Source: a virus (taxonomy: Duplodnaviria > Caudoviricetes). Taken from it: DNA of 64,000 nucleotides. The DNA is taken from IMG/VR virus record IMGVR_UViG_3300020120_000082, positions 1 to 64,000 of that record, one strand, 5' to 3'. A program made the translations under genes and the position numbers. The notes below the pieces were generated by a model that saw nothing but the letters and a program-made list of their open reading frames with translations, did not search any database and had not been told where the DNA came from. Numbering within the stretch: the stretch's first letter is position 1; every line of letters begins with the position of its first letter. Shown piece after piece: positions 28,499 through 39,500 of this stretch.

Positions 28499-31400
28499 AT
28501 GGCAGAAGAGACCTCATTTCACGAAATAGTCCAGTTCGAATGGCGCACGGGTGGGGACACTGGCCCAGATGCTGCTTCTAAGAGCATGATCGATGCTCTT
28601 TCTGAGATTGACGCCAAGATCAGGGCAATTGATGCTAATGCTCAGTCGGTATTCGGGACTTCGTTTGCAACATCTATCGCGCCAGCCACGGCGTCTGTTG
28701 GAGCCCTGAATGTTTCTTTAGCAAAAACGCTGGAACTGCTTAGGTCAATAAAAGAGCAGGGGCCAATCGATCCACTTGGCGGTGGAACCACTCCGCCACC
28801 ACCGCCCAATAATCCACCTCCAATCATCATTCCGCCTGGGGCGGTTTCCGGAACAAGCGGGGCTTATTCATATAACATCAGCCGCGACTTAGCTCCCGCG
28901 TTGCCGCCACCACCTCCAGCGCAACAGATTCCTAGAGACTATGTTCCACCGGTTCTTCCGCCACCGCCAAGCTCTAATTCCGGTGATATTGTCTATTACG
29001 GTCCAGGAAGACTTGGACTGAATTCTCCCAGTTTTCTGGGTGGCGGCATTTCATATGCACCGCCATCTGAAGTTTCTGGTTTTGCCAGCATTACGTCTCT
29101 TCCCGAAGGCGTTACCGGAAGCTCGGGATGGGAAGAGCGTTTACGCAAGTGGCAAGACGAGCAAAGGCAGATTGGTCAAAGGCAGTACAACAAGCCAGAA
29201 TTGGCGCAATTGCCGACACCACCTGCGTTGACACCAATTGGATTTAAGGAAACGGCTTTTGAACAGAATATTGGCCGCGGTCCACTATCCGAAGAAGAAT
29301 TTCAACGTCAGCAAGACGAGACGGCTCGTATATTGATGGCTGGTAGTACTCCACCCGGATGGCTCGAACTGGGTGGTCCAAGTTCATATCAAAAACCGTC
29401 TCTGACAAACTTCGGAACTGGTGGGATACAAACCAATGCCAGACTTTCTGATCAGTGGCAGACTGCCCCACAAGACTTTCTAAATTCCTACAGTGATTTA
29501 ACCGCGCAGGCTAAGGACTTGAGCAATATAACGGATTTGCTCAAGCAGTTCTCGCAGTTACGATATGGTGGCCCAGCCAGTACCGGACAGGAAGTTGGCT
29601 TTCCCGTTGAGACTGGCTGGACAAGCACCATCTATGGTGGTGGGACAACTCTTGGCGGACTTCTCAATGGTCCGCAGCCGCAATATATACCAGGGCAGGG
29701 AAGTACGTTTGGAATTCCGAATTGGCAGACACCACCACAGCAGACGATAAATAATCAGGGGTCGAATTACACCTATGCCACTGGCACAGGAACCCGGTTC
29801 GATTTTCCGCCAGGCGGCTATAGCAGCAGCGGATATTACGGAGAAGATTGGGGGCCAACCGGAAGATCGTATCAATACACTCCGCCTCCACCTCCTGGTA
29901 GTACTGGAACTTATGGTCCCGGTGGATATGGCACGCCTGGATCACCATTTCAGTTTGGCAGTGGCACTGTATTTCCCGGTGCTGGAAATCCGAACGGCTT
30001 TGGCATGTCGGGCGGTTTGTGGGGTCCTGGTGGTAATGGCATCGGTGGACCTCCCGGTCCGCCATGGGTTGCTGGTGGTTGGCAGCAGGGCCAGAATATT
30101 CCCAACTTTAATCCCAACCTGGTTAATCAGGTTGATCAGGCTGGCGTTAGCTTTGAAAACGCTACCAATAAAGCTGGTAATTTTGAACGTGCCTTGGGCC
30201 GGATTGTAACCTACAGCGTAATCTTTGCCGGGTTTGCCGCGGTTGGAGCAGTTGTCAGGGGCGTGGCAGACGAGATGGTGCGCCTGTCTGACGTTCAATC
30301 ACGAATTGGATTTGTCAACGGCCAGTCAAATCAAGCGACCCTGGCTCAGTTTACACAAGCGGCAAATTACGGAATATCTCCAGCGCAGGCTGGTCAGGGT
30401 ATTCTGACGGCTGGACAATTAGGAGCATCGCCACAGCAAAATCAGCAAGCTCAGCAATTGGCGCTTATCTTCGGCGCTGATCAATACAGCAACGCCCTGG
30501 TTCAACTAACCCGGACTCAAGAGCAAGCCAGCGCCACAGGCCTGAAGCATGTCAATACACTGGATTTTATTGCCCAGTCGTATAAGACTCTTCCAGGATC
30601 ACTGAATGACTATTTTGGAGCGTTGCAGCGCGGCATCCAACTAAATGCCCAGTTTGGCGTATCGGCTGAAAATATGGGGTTGGCTATCGAAAAGGGCATG
30701 CTTACTACTGGTCAATCTGCTGACCAGGTAGCCGTTGCCTATCAAAGTATTCTGTCTAAAGTTGCTACGCCTGCTACCCAGAAAGCTTTAGAGCCATTGG
30801 GTATCCAGCGTGGCGATGCCACGACCATGGTTCGGGAGATCACTGAAGAATATCAGCGATTGGCGCAGGTTGGCGATCGGGCTGGTATTGAAAAACTTGG
30901 TGAAGCGCTTCAGGGCGGCGGCATTGGCGGATATTCCCGCATTGAAACTTTGCCAGATATTTTCAGTGCGCTCAATACAGCGTTGAACAATACCAATCCT
31001 AATTTGGCCAAGTTCAGCGCACTATTGAACGACGTTTCAAATAGCGATGTTACAAAGATCAATCAACTGACAGCATCCTGGAACAACTTTCTATTGGCGT
31101 TGGGATCTGGGATACCTGGCAATGCTGCTGGGCAGTTTCTGGATGGTATCACCAGGCAGCTAAAGAATGTCACCGATATCATTGAGAATGGCGGAAAAGC
31201 TATTCAATCTGTCGGCGCTGATCCAGCGGGTGCTCTCGGTCGGGTGGCTAAGTATTCTCAAGACAATCCATTCACGCTCACGAATCTTATTCAAGCCCCG
31301 TTCAATCCAGCCCGAACGCTGGAGCAACTAGCTGGACTTATTGATGCGGCCACTAATGGAAGAATTGGTGGGCCAAGTGAAGGTGGACGTCCTGGGCCTA

Positions 31401-32905
31401 TCGGAATTGGGCTATCTGGTGTTCAGAGCGGGTTTGGTATGCGTATTCCGCAATCCATTCTGAATCCATATCCCAATCCAATCGAGAACTTTGGTGGATT
31501 GCAAAATCTACCCCAGGGCGTTGGCATAGAGCAGTATCGTTCGATGGTTCAGGCTACTGAGTCGCAATTAAAGATTGCTGGTGTTCCGACCGACGACAAG
31601 AACTACGAAGTTTTGAGTCGGTCCGGAACGTTGCTGGGGCAAATCCTGGCCGACAGCAATGCCATTCGGATTACCAACGACAAGATCGCCCAGAACACGG
31701 CTACGTTTGGCGGAACTCCGCCATCGGGTGTGAATGCGTCTAATGCTACCGAGTTCCAGGCAAAAGTTGCTGCCGAAGATGCTAAGTTGAAAGCGGCGGG
31801 TATCTCTGTATCCGATCCAAAGACAATCGTGTTCCAGGACAAGGCAACCGATGCTCTGTTCAAGATTGTTGGAAGCAATGAAGCGATTCAGTTTGCCACT
31901 CAAACGATGGCGGCAAATGCGCCAACGTTCTCAGGCATGCTGCCCAAGGGCGAAGATCTGAATAAGATCCAGGCCAGAGTCAGTGCGATCGATCAGTCTG
32001 GCATGGTAGGTGCGGCTGGCCTAGATACCACCCAGGTTCAGAAAGTCTTCTGGGATCCGGTTACCAATACCCTGCGTGCTATTCATGGCACCGAGACAGC
32101 CATCCAAATTGCTACAGAAGAAGCTGCCAAGCTGTTGCAGCAGCAAATCACCGGGACATTTAATGTTCCCGCTGGTGGCGAAGCAGTGGTGGCATTCTTC
32201 GCGCTACAGCAGGGATTCGTTCCGGGTGGAGCAGGTGGTCCAGGCGCGGGTGCGGGTGGTGGTGCCGTTGCCCTGAATGGTTCAGCCACTGCTTTGAACA
32301 CGTCGGCCAATTACTTGAGCGCTTCAGCCCAGGCGCTGTTGCTGGCTGCTCAAAGACTGGGTGGTCCAAACGGCGACATTCTGCGTGAGATTGCCGCGCA
32401 TGAATATGCCAATACGTCTTTCCGGACTCCTGGAACTTCCCCTTATTATCACAGTCCAAATGCGGGTTCGGCAACAGGTTATCTTGGAGAATTTCACACA
32501 CCACAGACTTCTAACTACAGTGCGACTACTTCTCATCCAACATTGCCGCCGCCGAATACCAATCAGCATTTCGAAAGCCCTGGACATAGAACTGGGCCAG
32601 GCATCAGCCAGGACGACCAGTTGTACCAGGTCTTTCACCAGCGCTTTAAAGAGATGATCGACAAGCTGATTGGAATTTACCCAACCAATGGAGAACTTGC
32701 TTCCAAGACGGCTTCTATTGGTCCGACCGGCATGGGCGGCAGAACTACTGGCGCAACGAATACTAACCTGTCTGTTAACAACGCAATCCGAATCAACATC
32801 GATGGTCGGCAGATTGCATACTACATGAACCGCAAAACCTATCGGCAATTCGAGTCAACTCGAAATGCTGTAAGCGGCGTTCCTAACTCAGTGGTGACTC
32901 TATGA
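28499..32905 (+). CDS. Tape measure protein
   Basis: 1468 aa after the G/GT pair; Ala/Gly/Gln-rich helical core; TM-like segment; C-terminal INIDGRQIA. Confidence 0.85.
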   Translation: MAEETSFHEIVQFEWRTGGDTGPDAASKSMIDALSEIDAKIRAIDANAQSVFGTSFATSIAPATASVGALNVSLAKTLELLRSIKEQGPIDPLGGGTTPPPPPNNPPPIIIPPGAVSGTSGAYSYNISRDLAPALPPPPPAQQIPRDYVPPVLPPPPSSNSGDIVYYGPGRLGLNSPSFLGGGISYAPPSEVSGFASITSLPEGVTGSSGWEERLRKWQDEQRQIGQRQYNKPELAQLPTPPALTPIGFKETAFEQNIGRGPLSEEEFQRQQDETARILMAGSTPPGWLELGGPSSYQKPSLTNFGTGGIQTNARLSDQWQTAPQDFLNSYSDLTAQAKDLSNITDLLKQFSQLRYGGPASTGQEVGFPVETGWTSTIYGGGTTLGGLLNGPQPQYIPGQGSTFGIPNWQTPPQQTINNQGSNYTYATGTGTRFDFPPGGYSSSGYYGEDWGPTGRSYQYTPPPPPGSTGTYGPGGYGTPGSPFQFGSGTVFPGAGNPNGFGMSGGLWGPGGNGIGGPPGPPWVAGGWQQGQNIPNFNPNLVNQVDQAGVSFENATNKAGNFERALGRIVTYSVIFAGFAAVGAVVRGVADEMVRLSDVQSRIGFVNGQSNQATLAQFTQAANYGISPAQAGQGILTAGQLGASPQQNQQAQQLALIFGADQYSNALVQLTRTQEQASATGLKHVNTLDFIAQSYKTLPGSLNDYFGALQRGIQLNAQFGVSAENMGLAIEKGMLTTGQSADQVAVAYQSILSKVATPATQKALEPLGIQRGDATTMVREITEEYQRLAQVGDRAGIEKLGEALQGGGIGGYSRIETLPDIFSALNTALNNTNPNLAKFSALLNDVSNSDVTKINQLTASWNNFLLALGSGIPGNAAGQFLDGITRQLKNVTDIIENGGKAIQSVGADPAGALGRVAKYSQDNPFTLTNLIQAPFNPARTLEQLAGLIDAATNGRIGGPSEGGRPGPIGIGLSGVQSGFGMRIPQSILNPYPNPIENFGGLQNLPQGVGIEQYRSMVQATESQLKIAGVPTDDKNYEVLSRSGTLLGQILADSNAIRITNDKIAQNTATFGGTPPSGVNASNATEFQAKVAAEDAKLKAAGISVSDPKTIVFQDKATDALFKIVGSNEAIQFATQTMAANAPTFSGMLPKGEDLNKIQARVSAIDQSGMVGAAGLDTTQVQKVFWDPVTNTLRAIHGTETAIQIATEEAAKLLQQQITGTFNVPAGGEAVVAFFALQQGFVPGGAGGPGAGAGGGAVALNGSATALNTSANYLSASAQALLLAAQRLGGPNGDILREIAAHEYANTSFRTPGTSPYYHSPNAGSATGYLGEFHTPQTSNYSATTSHPTLPPPNTNQHFESPGHRTGPGISQDDQLYQVFHQRFKEMIDKLIGIYPTNGELASKTASIGPTGMGGRTTGATNTNLSVNNAIRINIDGRQIAYYMNRKTYRQFESTRNAVSGVPNSVVTL

Positions 32906-33258
32906 GCCATTCTCTGGCAGGCGTTACGATCTCGATGGATGACAGCCAGTTGGTGGAGGTTACCGAAGCTAACTATACGTTCCAGGATGTTCTGGATGCT
33001 ACTTCGGAGACCATCTCCTACTTCGGGGCCAAGTCTGATCGATTTTCGATCACGTTTTATATGGACGAAGACTTGAATGGAAATACAGGCCGAACAACCC
33101 TGAAGGCGGCTGTCAAAGCGAATGCCAGTGTCAATCTGACTGTCGATACTGGCTCGCTTGGAAACGTTCGCATTCTTAGTTTTCGGTCAACGCGTAGACA
33201 GGCGCTGAACCATACCAATGCTGTCTACATCTGCACAGCCGAGTTGGTTGAAGTATGA
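32902..33258 (+). CDS. Distal tail-like protein
   Basis: Position directly after the tape measure gene. Confidence 0.5.
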   Translation: MSHSLAGVTISMDDSQLVEVTEANYTFQDVLDATSETISYFGAKSDRFSITFYMDEDLNGNTGRTTLKAAVKANASVNLTVDTGSLGNVRILSFRSTRRQALNHTNAVYICTAELVEV

Positions 33259-34244
33259 CTGATCATTTGCGCATGGCTTGCACCGGAACCTCGGGCATCA
33301 AAAGCATTGAAGTTACGGAAAGCTATACCCAGGCAGTGGTGAATGCCGAAGTGACATGCACCACGCATAGCCTGGCGATTGGCGATTTGGTGACCGTTTC
33401 GATGGGAACAGATGTCGTTTACACAACCATGATCACCAATGGGATTGTCAAGAAGATTGTCACTCGCGCACCCGAGTTTGACTATGTTATTACAATCCAG
33501 GATCAGCTAAGTCTGGCGGTTGACTTTTTTATTGCGTCGGATGATCCCAACAATCCGTATAAGGCGCACAACATTGAAGCGTCGGCCCTGGCTGTTTACC
33601 TGCTGGGTTTGGCTGGGATAACTAGCGTAGTTTCGGAAACAACCATCTTTACCTATGGAACAGTTGGGGATGGGGTGCCAGTCAACCTGGTTTCTGTCTG
33701 GAGCATGGTTGATACGATTTCCAGGGTGTGCGGTTTTACAACTTACTGTGACGCTTCGGGGGTAATTCATTTTAGGGAACGCAAACCCTATGTCACAACG
33801 TCGGATACCGTCTCGACACATTCGTACACAACCGGAAATGGCGGGGACATTCTGACCATTGAGTACGATCGCAATACCGAAGGCCTGATCAACAGGGTGG
33901 TGGTTTATGGTGGGGTGGGGAACACAGTCCATTCGACCGCGGAAGCGGCATCGCCCTATCTCCCGGCTGGCTTTTTCAAGGCAACGGTGGTAGCACATCC
34001 GCTGATTGACAATCAGGCCGCAGCCGATGCAACTGCCAACTTGAACCTGGAAATGTTCAACCGCTTAACTGAAACTGTATCAATTCAGGTCAAGGGAAAT
34101 CCAACGGTCAGAGTCAGGGATATTGTGGACGTGACCGAGTCGTTCACTGGCTTGACATCATCGACGCTCTGGTTGGTGTTTGGAATAACGCATACCATTT
34201 CCCAGACCGAAGGGTTTTCGCAGAAGATTACGCTGATCAAATGA
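33255..34244 (+). CDS. Tail tip/hub protein
   Basis: D.SGVIHF, NRVVVYG, GNP.VRVRD.V motifs. Confidence 0.7.
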   Translation: MTDHLRMACTGTSGIKSIEVTESYTQAVVNAEVTCTTHSLAIGDLVTVSMGTDVVYTTMITNGIVKKIVTRAPEFDYVITIQDQLSLAVDFFIASDDPNNPYKAHNIEASALAVYLLGLAGITSVVSETTIFTYGTVGDGVPVNLVSVWSMVDTISRVCGFTTYCDASGVIHFRERKPYVTTSDTVSTHSYTTGNGGDILTIEYDRNTEGLINRVVVYGGVGNTVHSTAEAASPYLPAGFFKATVVAHPLIDNQAAADATANLNLEMFNRLTETVSIQVKGNPTVRVRDIVDVTESFTGLTSSTLWLVFGITHTISQTEGFSQKITLIK

Positions 34245-36505
34245 CCACGCCGCTTTCAGCCCAGATCACCATTGCGTCGACCGATTACTCGGCGCACTTG
34301 ACGTCCCTGGTGCGTGAAGCCAGCCTGGAGAAAGCGGGCGCTACGGTCACCATGACGATGAAGTCATCATTTCCGTTTGCATCCATCAACCCCTGGGACA
34401 ACCTGGTTGTTTACGAGAACGGGGTAAAGACGCTTACTGGATATGTGACGCATATCATTCCCAGACGGGCTCCGGCTGAAGTCGAAGTTCAGGGAATGGA
34501 CACGTTCAAGCGTTGTCAGGATTGGTTTATCAGCGACAACTTGTACACAGGCGGGCCTGATGCTCAGCTAACGACCGACAAAACAACTCACAATGTTGGG
34601 TATTACGTCGGCTATCTGTGCAATCTGTGCGGCATATCCTACTCGATTAGCGATACCAGCGGCTCACTGATAAAACTGGCGGCTGATATTCCACTGGGTT
34701 TGCGCTCCGTGTCAGACGCGCTGGTTACGCTGTCGGCTGTCGGACAGTGGAATATTAGAGTGGATCCGAACGGCGTCTTGCGATTCGATCATATCAATGG
34801 GCCGACCGTGGCCGATTACACCCTTTCCTCGGTGACGCATTTTGAAGAAGAGTATAACGATACCGACACCCGCAATCAGGTGAAGATCTGGGGGCTTCAG
34901 GACTTCAGCCCATTGACCAGCGGCTCTGCTTTCTCGGGCGGCGGTCAAATTCTATGGTCTGAAAGCCGAGCCGTTACTGGGGTATCACACACCCGAACTA
35001 TGGTGGTGGCCGAACCGCATATCGATACGCTTCTAAAAGCGCAGCAATTGGCCAAAGCGGTATTGGATCAATGGGCGAGACTTGAGCATCTATTGTCCAC
35101 CGAGTCGGTTGGAAACCCCAACATTCGGGTTGGCCAGTCTGCCCAGCTTTTTCATAGAAGTCTGACTTCAGGGAGCTACTTTGATGTTGTGACGGATCTG
35201 CGCACAACCATCAATGCAGGTGGATATAAGCAGGACATCACTGAAGGGCGTAGGGCTTACCGATATCCGTACTGGCCAATGCCGACCACTCCGCCAGAAG
35301 AGTGGGGCAATGGAACGCTGCTGGGTGCTGCTTACGATTGCGCGGTTTATGGAGATTCGATCTATTCGGCTGGACTTGTGTTTCTGAACAATGACATCTA
35401 CCGGCGTCAATGCTGGCACATCGAAAGAAGACTGCTGACAGATGGAACTCTGGTATGGCAGAAGACGATCGACCATGTGACGCTGAATCCGCTTGTCAAT
35501 GGTGGCAACGTTTTCGCGCATATCAACGGCATTGAGATAGCCAACGGAATTATCTTCGCCACCGGAGTCATTTACTTCGACGAGCTAAACGCCAGGGCCA
35601 AATGGCAAGTTGAAGCATACGACACGGCTTCCGGGAACACGCTCTGGACGGACACAATTCTGTATGGCCCCAGTAATGGCTCTATGGAGACAACCGGATA
35701 CGATGTCGTGGCAACGGCAACCCAGGTCTTCGTTTTGGGAACCTATCCATACGAAATACCCAACCCAACCATGGGCGGAACGCTGATCATCGACATTGCC
35801 GCGCCAACGTTCAGGGTTTACGCGGCGGCTACAACAAAGACCGTATTGATAAGCCAAAATCAGCCGGTTAGAACTGCCGCGGCATTTGATGGAACAATAT
35901 TCACCACGCCTTATAGCAACTTCAGGCAGATTTGCCTGGATGCAGATGGCGGTCTCGTAACCAGCGGGGCATATAAATACTATTACCAGAAAACCATTGT
36001 CCCGGTTTACTGGCCACCAATCATTGCATATTACAACTACACCATCCGGCCATGGTTCGGACATTTTTCGAGTTCATTGGCCATCACCTGGGAAACGCTC
36101 TGGCCATACTCTTTGTCTGATCTGAATTTTGGTATCGACTACGCGGTTGGTGTAGACCAAAACGAAGTCAGGCAATACCGGCTTGGATCTGACAGTGCAA
36201 ATGGCACTGATCCTGGCGGACTTGGAAAATACAACCAGGTCAGCAATCTATGGCAGACAAACATTGGGTTCGGGGACCAGCACGGACACGTTGAGATTGG
36301 CAATTACGTCTATATCGCTCAAAACAGACTTGGTGCCAACAATCTCCGGTGGCATAACACCAGCGACGGATCGCTTATTGGAACTAGAGACGAGTCTGGA
36401 TTAACCACGCATGGGATCAAGCTGATTCAGGCCACCTCCCAGGTGGGATTGTGCGGTCAGAAGAACTGGATATTCTGGACTGTAATCTGGAACCAGCCAT
36501 CATAG
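34241..36505 (+). CDS. Second tail hub-like protein with C-terminal beta-propeller-like region
   Basis: VDPNGVLRF, NQVKIWG, GNPNIRVGQ (paralogous to the upstream gene); DGTLVWQ/GNTLWT repeats. Confidence 0.65.
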   Translation: MTTPLSAQITIASTDYSAHLTSLVREASLEKAGATVTMTMKSSFPFASINPWDNLVVYENGVKTLTGYVTHIIPRRAPAEVEVQGMDTFKRCQDWFISDNLYTGGPDAQLTTDKTTHNVGYYVGYLCNLCGISYSISDTSGSLIKLAADIPLGLRSVSDALVTLSAVGQWNIRVDPNGVLRFDHINGPTVADYTLSSVTHFEEEYNDTDTRNQVKIWGLQDFSPLTSGSAFSGGGQILWSESRAVTGVSHTRTMVVAEPHIDTLLKAQQLAKAVLDQWARLEHLLSTESVGNPNIRVGQSAQLFHRSLTSGSYFDVVTDLRTTINAGGYKQDITEGRRAYRYPYWPMPTTPPEEWGNGTLLGAAYDCAVYGDSIYSAGLVFLNNDIYRRQCWHIERRLLTDGTLVWQKTIDHVTLNPLVNGGNVFAHINGIEIANGIIFATGVIYFDELNARAKWQVEAYDTASGNTLWTDTILYGPSNGSMETTGYDVVATATQVFVLGTYPYEIPNPTMGGTLIIDIAAPTFRVYAAATTKTVLISQNQPVRTAAAFDGTIFTTPYSNFRQICLDADGGLVTSGAYKYYYQKTIVPVYWPPIIAYYNYTIRPWFGHFSSSLAITWETLWPYSLSDLNFGIDYAVGVDQNEVRQYRLGSDSANGTDPGGLGKYNQVSNLWQTNIGFGDQHGHVEIGNYVYIAQNRLGANNLRWHNTSDGSLIGTRDESGLTTHGIKLIQATSQVGLCGQKNWIFWTVIWNQPS

Positions 36506-36519
36506 TATAGGAAAAACCT

Positions 36520-39500
36520 GTGAATAGAGTCCCAGAATTTCCACCGATGATGATTGAATATCTCAAGCTCGCCAAGCAGTCTGGCAGCTTGTCACCATTC
36601 TGGCTGGGTGGGACAGGCGGTGCTGGAGGCGGTGGCGGTGCGCCGCCTGGTGGTTTCATTGGCCAGTTGCCGCAAAGCCTGGTTACTTACGATACCACTG
36701 AAGCAGCCACCACGTCTGGCTCAAGCTCGCTAGTCGACAACCTGAATCATATACGCTACCAGCTTGCCAATGCTCAATACAACGCTGGCGTGATTGGCGT
36801 TGAATTTGCTCAGTCGGAGTATACAGCCGGGAATATCAGCCTGGGAACAACCGTTGATGGCGGCTGGGTAGATGTTGATAGCACCAATGCTGCCATCTCG
36901 ATCACCCCAAATAGCGGCGGAACGTTCCAAGCTACGTTTGGCTTCGTCTGGCTCAAGGGTTTTACTGTAGATGGCAACAGCATGACCATGTCCTTCCGCT
37001 TGACGGATGGGACTACCAATCTTGATCCGCAGACATTCATCAGCGGTGCGCAAGTCATTTCGCATCCAATTAACCTGAGTGGTTTGTTTTCCTGGACTAA
37101 CACCACAACCAGGACAATCAAATTACAGAAGTACTTAAGCGCAACCAGTACCGCGCCAACGTATAACCAGGTTACTGCTTCCAGTGGCGCATCTCTGCAC
37201 ATGGATATTTTCCGCCTGGGCTCTATTGCCACAGGCTTTGTATCCGGATCCGGCGCAGCGGGGCGGGTAGCTTACTGGACCAGTGGATCGGTTTTGGGGA
37301 ATGATAGCAATTTCACCTGGGATACAACCAACAGCCGACTGAGCATTGGCAAGCTGGCTCTGACAGCCGGATCGATGTCTATGGCTGGCAGCGTCTTTGC
37401 TTTAGATGCCAGCATGAAGATCGATCCAACCGGAGCGATTAACGGACAGGTTCTGGGTTACAACGGATCCAAGTGGGTGCCGGTTGTTTCGTCTGGATCT
37501 CAGGCCGGAACGACGGGATCTGGTTCGACTGGTCAGCTTGCGCTTTGGTCATCTACCAGTGCGCTGTTTGGTCTTTCAAGCCTGGATTACGTAACTGGAA
37601 CAACCACTAAAGTCAGGGTAGGGCATTCGGGAGACTCGTTCGCCCTGGGAATCAACGCCACCCCAGACGATTACGTCACGCTCCAGGTCACTCAGCCTAA
37701 TTGGGCGGGTGGATCGAGTCCAGCCGCCCTGGTCGTTTCTCCTGGAAGCCTGACTGCTCAGACAGGCTCTCCGGCTACATTCTTGTCTCAGTCCAGCATC
37801 ATTATCTGGAACAACGCCAACCTGCCGTCATCCTGGGCGGCGAACATCTTTAGCCCACCAGATGTCAGAGCGGTGTCATCCGGTGGTGTTATTCCGCTGG
37901 CTTCAACCCTGCGTATATCTGGAGCCCCAACATCCGGGTCAAATGTAACCATTACGTCGGCCTATGCCCTGGAAGTGACGTCTGGATCTGTCTTCTTTGG
38001 TGGCCCACTGTCTCTGGCGGGCAAGTTCTTCACGCTCGATGCCAACATGCGCATCGATCCATCTGGTGCTACCAACGGGCAAGTTCTGACGTACAGCGCT
38101 GGAACGGGCAAGTGGATTGCGGCAGCTTCGTCAGCTTCTGGCGGTGGTGGTGCATCCAGCATTTCTGGCGCTGGTGCTTCCAGTCGCATTGCTTACTTCA
38201 CTTCCGGATCGGTCATTGCCGGAGATACTAACTTCTCCTGGGACACCACTAATCAGAAGATGATCATTGGCGGAACTCCGGCGAGTGTTCCTACTGGATC
38301 AACTTCATCTCTGGTTCTGATCAAAGAGTCTGCTGCGGTCAGCCTATCTCTATTTGAATATGGATCATTTCAGGCCAGTGTTCTGACATCCAGAGCTAAT
38401 GGAACAGCCGCTTTGCCGTCCAATCTTTTGTCTGGAGATACAGTTGGCGGTCTATTTGTATCGGGATATGGATCAACAGGATTCGCGTCGTCACCGCGGG
38501 TAAGGATCCAGGGCATAGCTGCGGAGAACTGGTCAGACACCGCCCAGGGCATGTATCTGGGGGTTACTGTCACGCAGCCCGGAACCACGACGGCAGTTGA
38601 CGCGTTCGATGTCAAATACGATCGCGTCTCCATTGTTGGCAAAGACCTGATCCTGGATGCCAGTATCGAACTGGATCCAACGGCGGCTGTCTCCAATCAA
38701 GTTTTGACTTACAACGGATCGAAGTGGATCCCGCAGACATTCTCCGGGATTTCTGGCATATCCGGATCCGGTGCAACAGGTGACATCGCTTTCTGGACTT
38801 CTGGATCGGTTATCTCTGGAAACAGCACGCTGTTTTGGGACACCGCCACCACACCCAACAGGATGATTATCGGATCTAACTCTGGCGTAGTGACAGGACC
38901 GCAGCTAATCCTGGTCAGCGATTCGGTAAGTGCTGGGCTTAGTATTGAAGGGTATTCAATATCGCCAACCATCGCCAGCTTCCGGGCCAATGGGAACAAG
39001 ACGTCTCCAACCAGCGTAACCAACGGCCAGACGATGCTAAGCATCAGCGCCAGGGGTTATCGATCCGGAGCATTCAACGGCGTTTCAACGGGTCGTATAA
39101 ACTTCGTAGCTGGCGAAGATTGGACATCCGGGAGCCTGGCAACCTATCTGTCATTCCTGACAACCGGCTCCGGGACCGCCACAACTTCCGAGTCTCTGCG
39201 CCTGACTTCGCAGCGGGCATTTTTCGGCAACCCGCTGAATGTTCCATCAGTCCTGAATACTGCCAACAGCCAGGGCCTGGTGGTGCATTCGAACACGGAT
39301 GGAATTAATTCCGAAATTGATATTGTTGCCCACGGAACGTCTGTTGCCCCAATTATTTCTGGGGCCAGAAGCCGTGGCACAACGACTGTGCCGACAGCCC
39401 TTCAATATCGCGATACGCTGTTGCAATTAGACAGCTATGGATATGACGGGTCCGCTTGGTCAAATGCACAATCATCATTACGTGTAACAGCCGAATCTGG

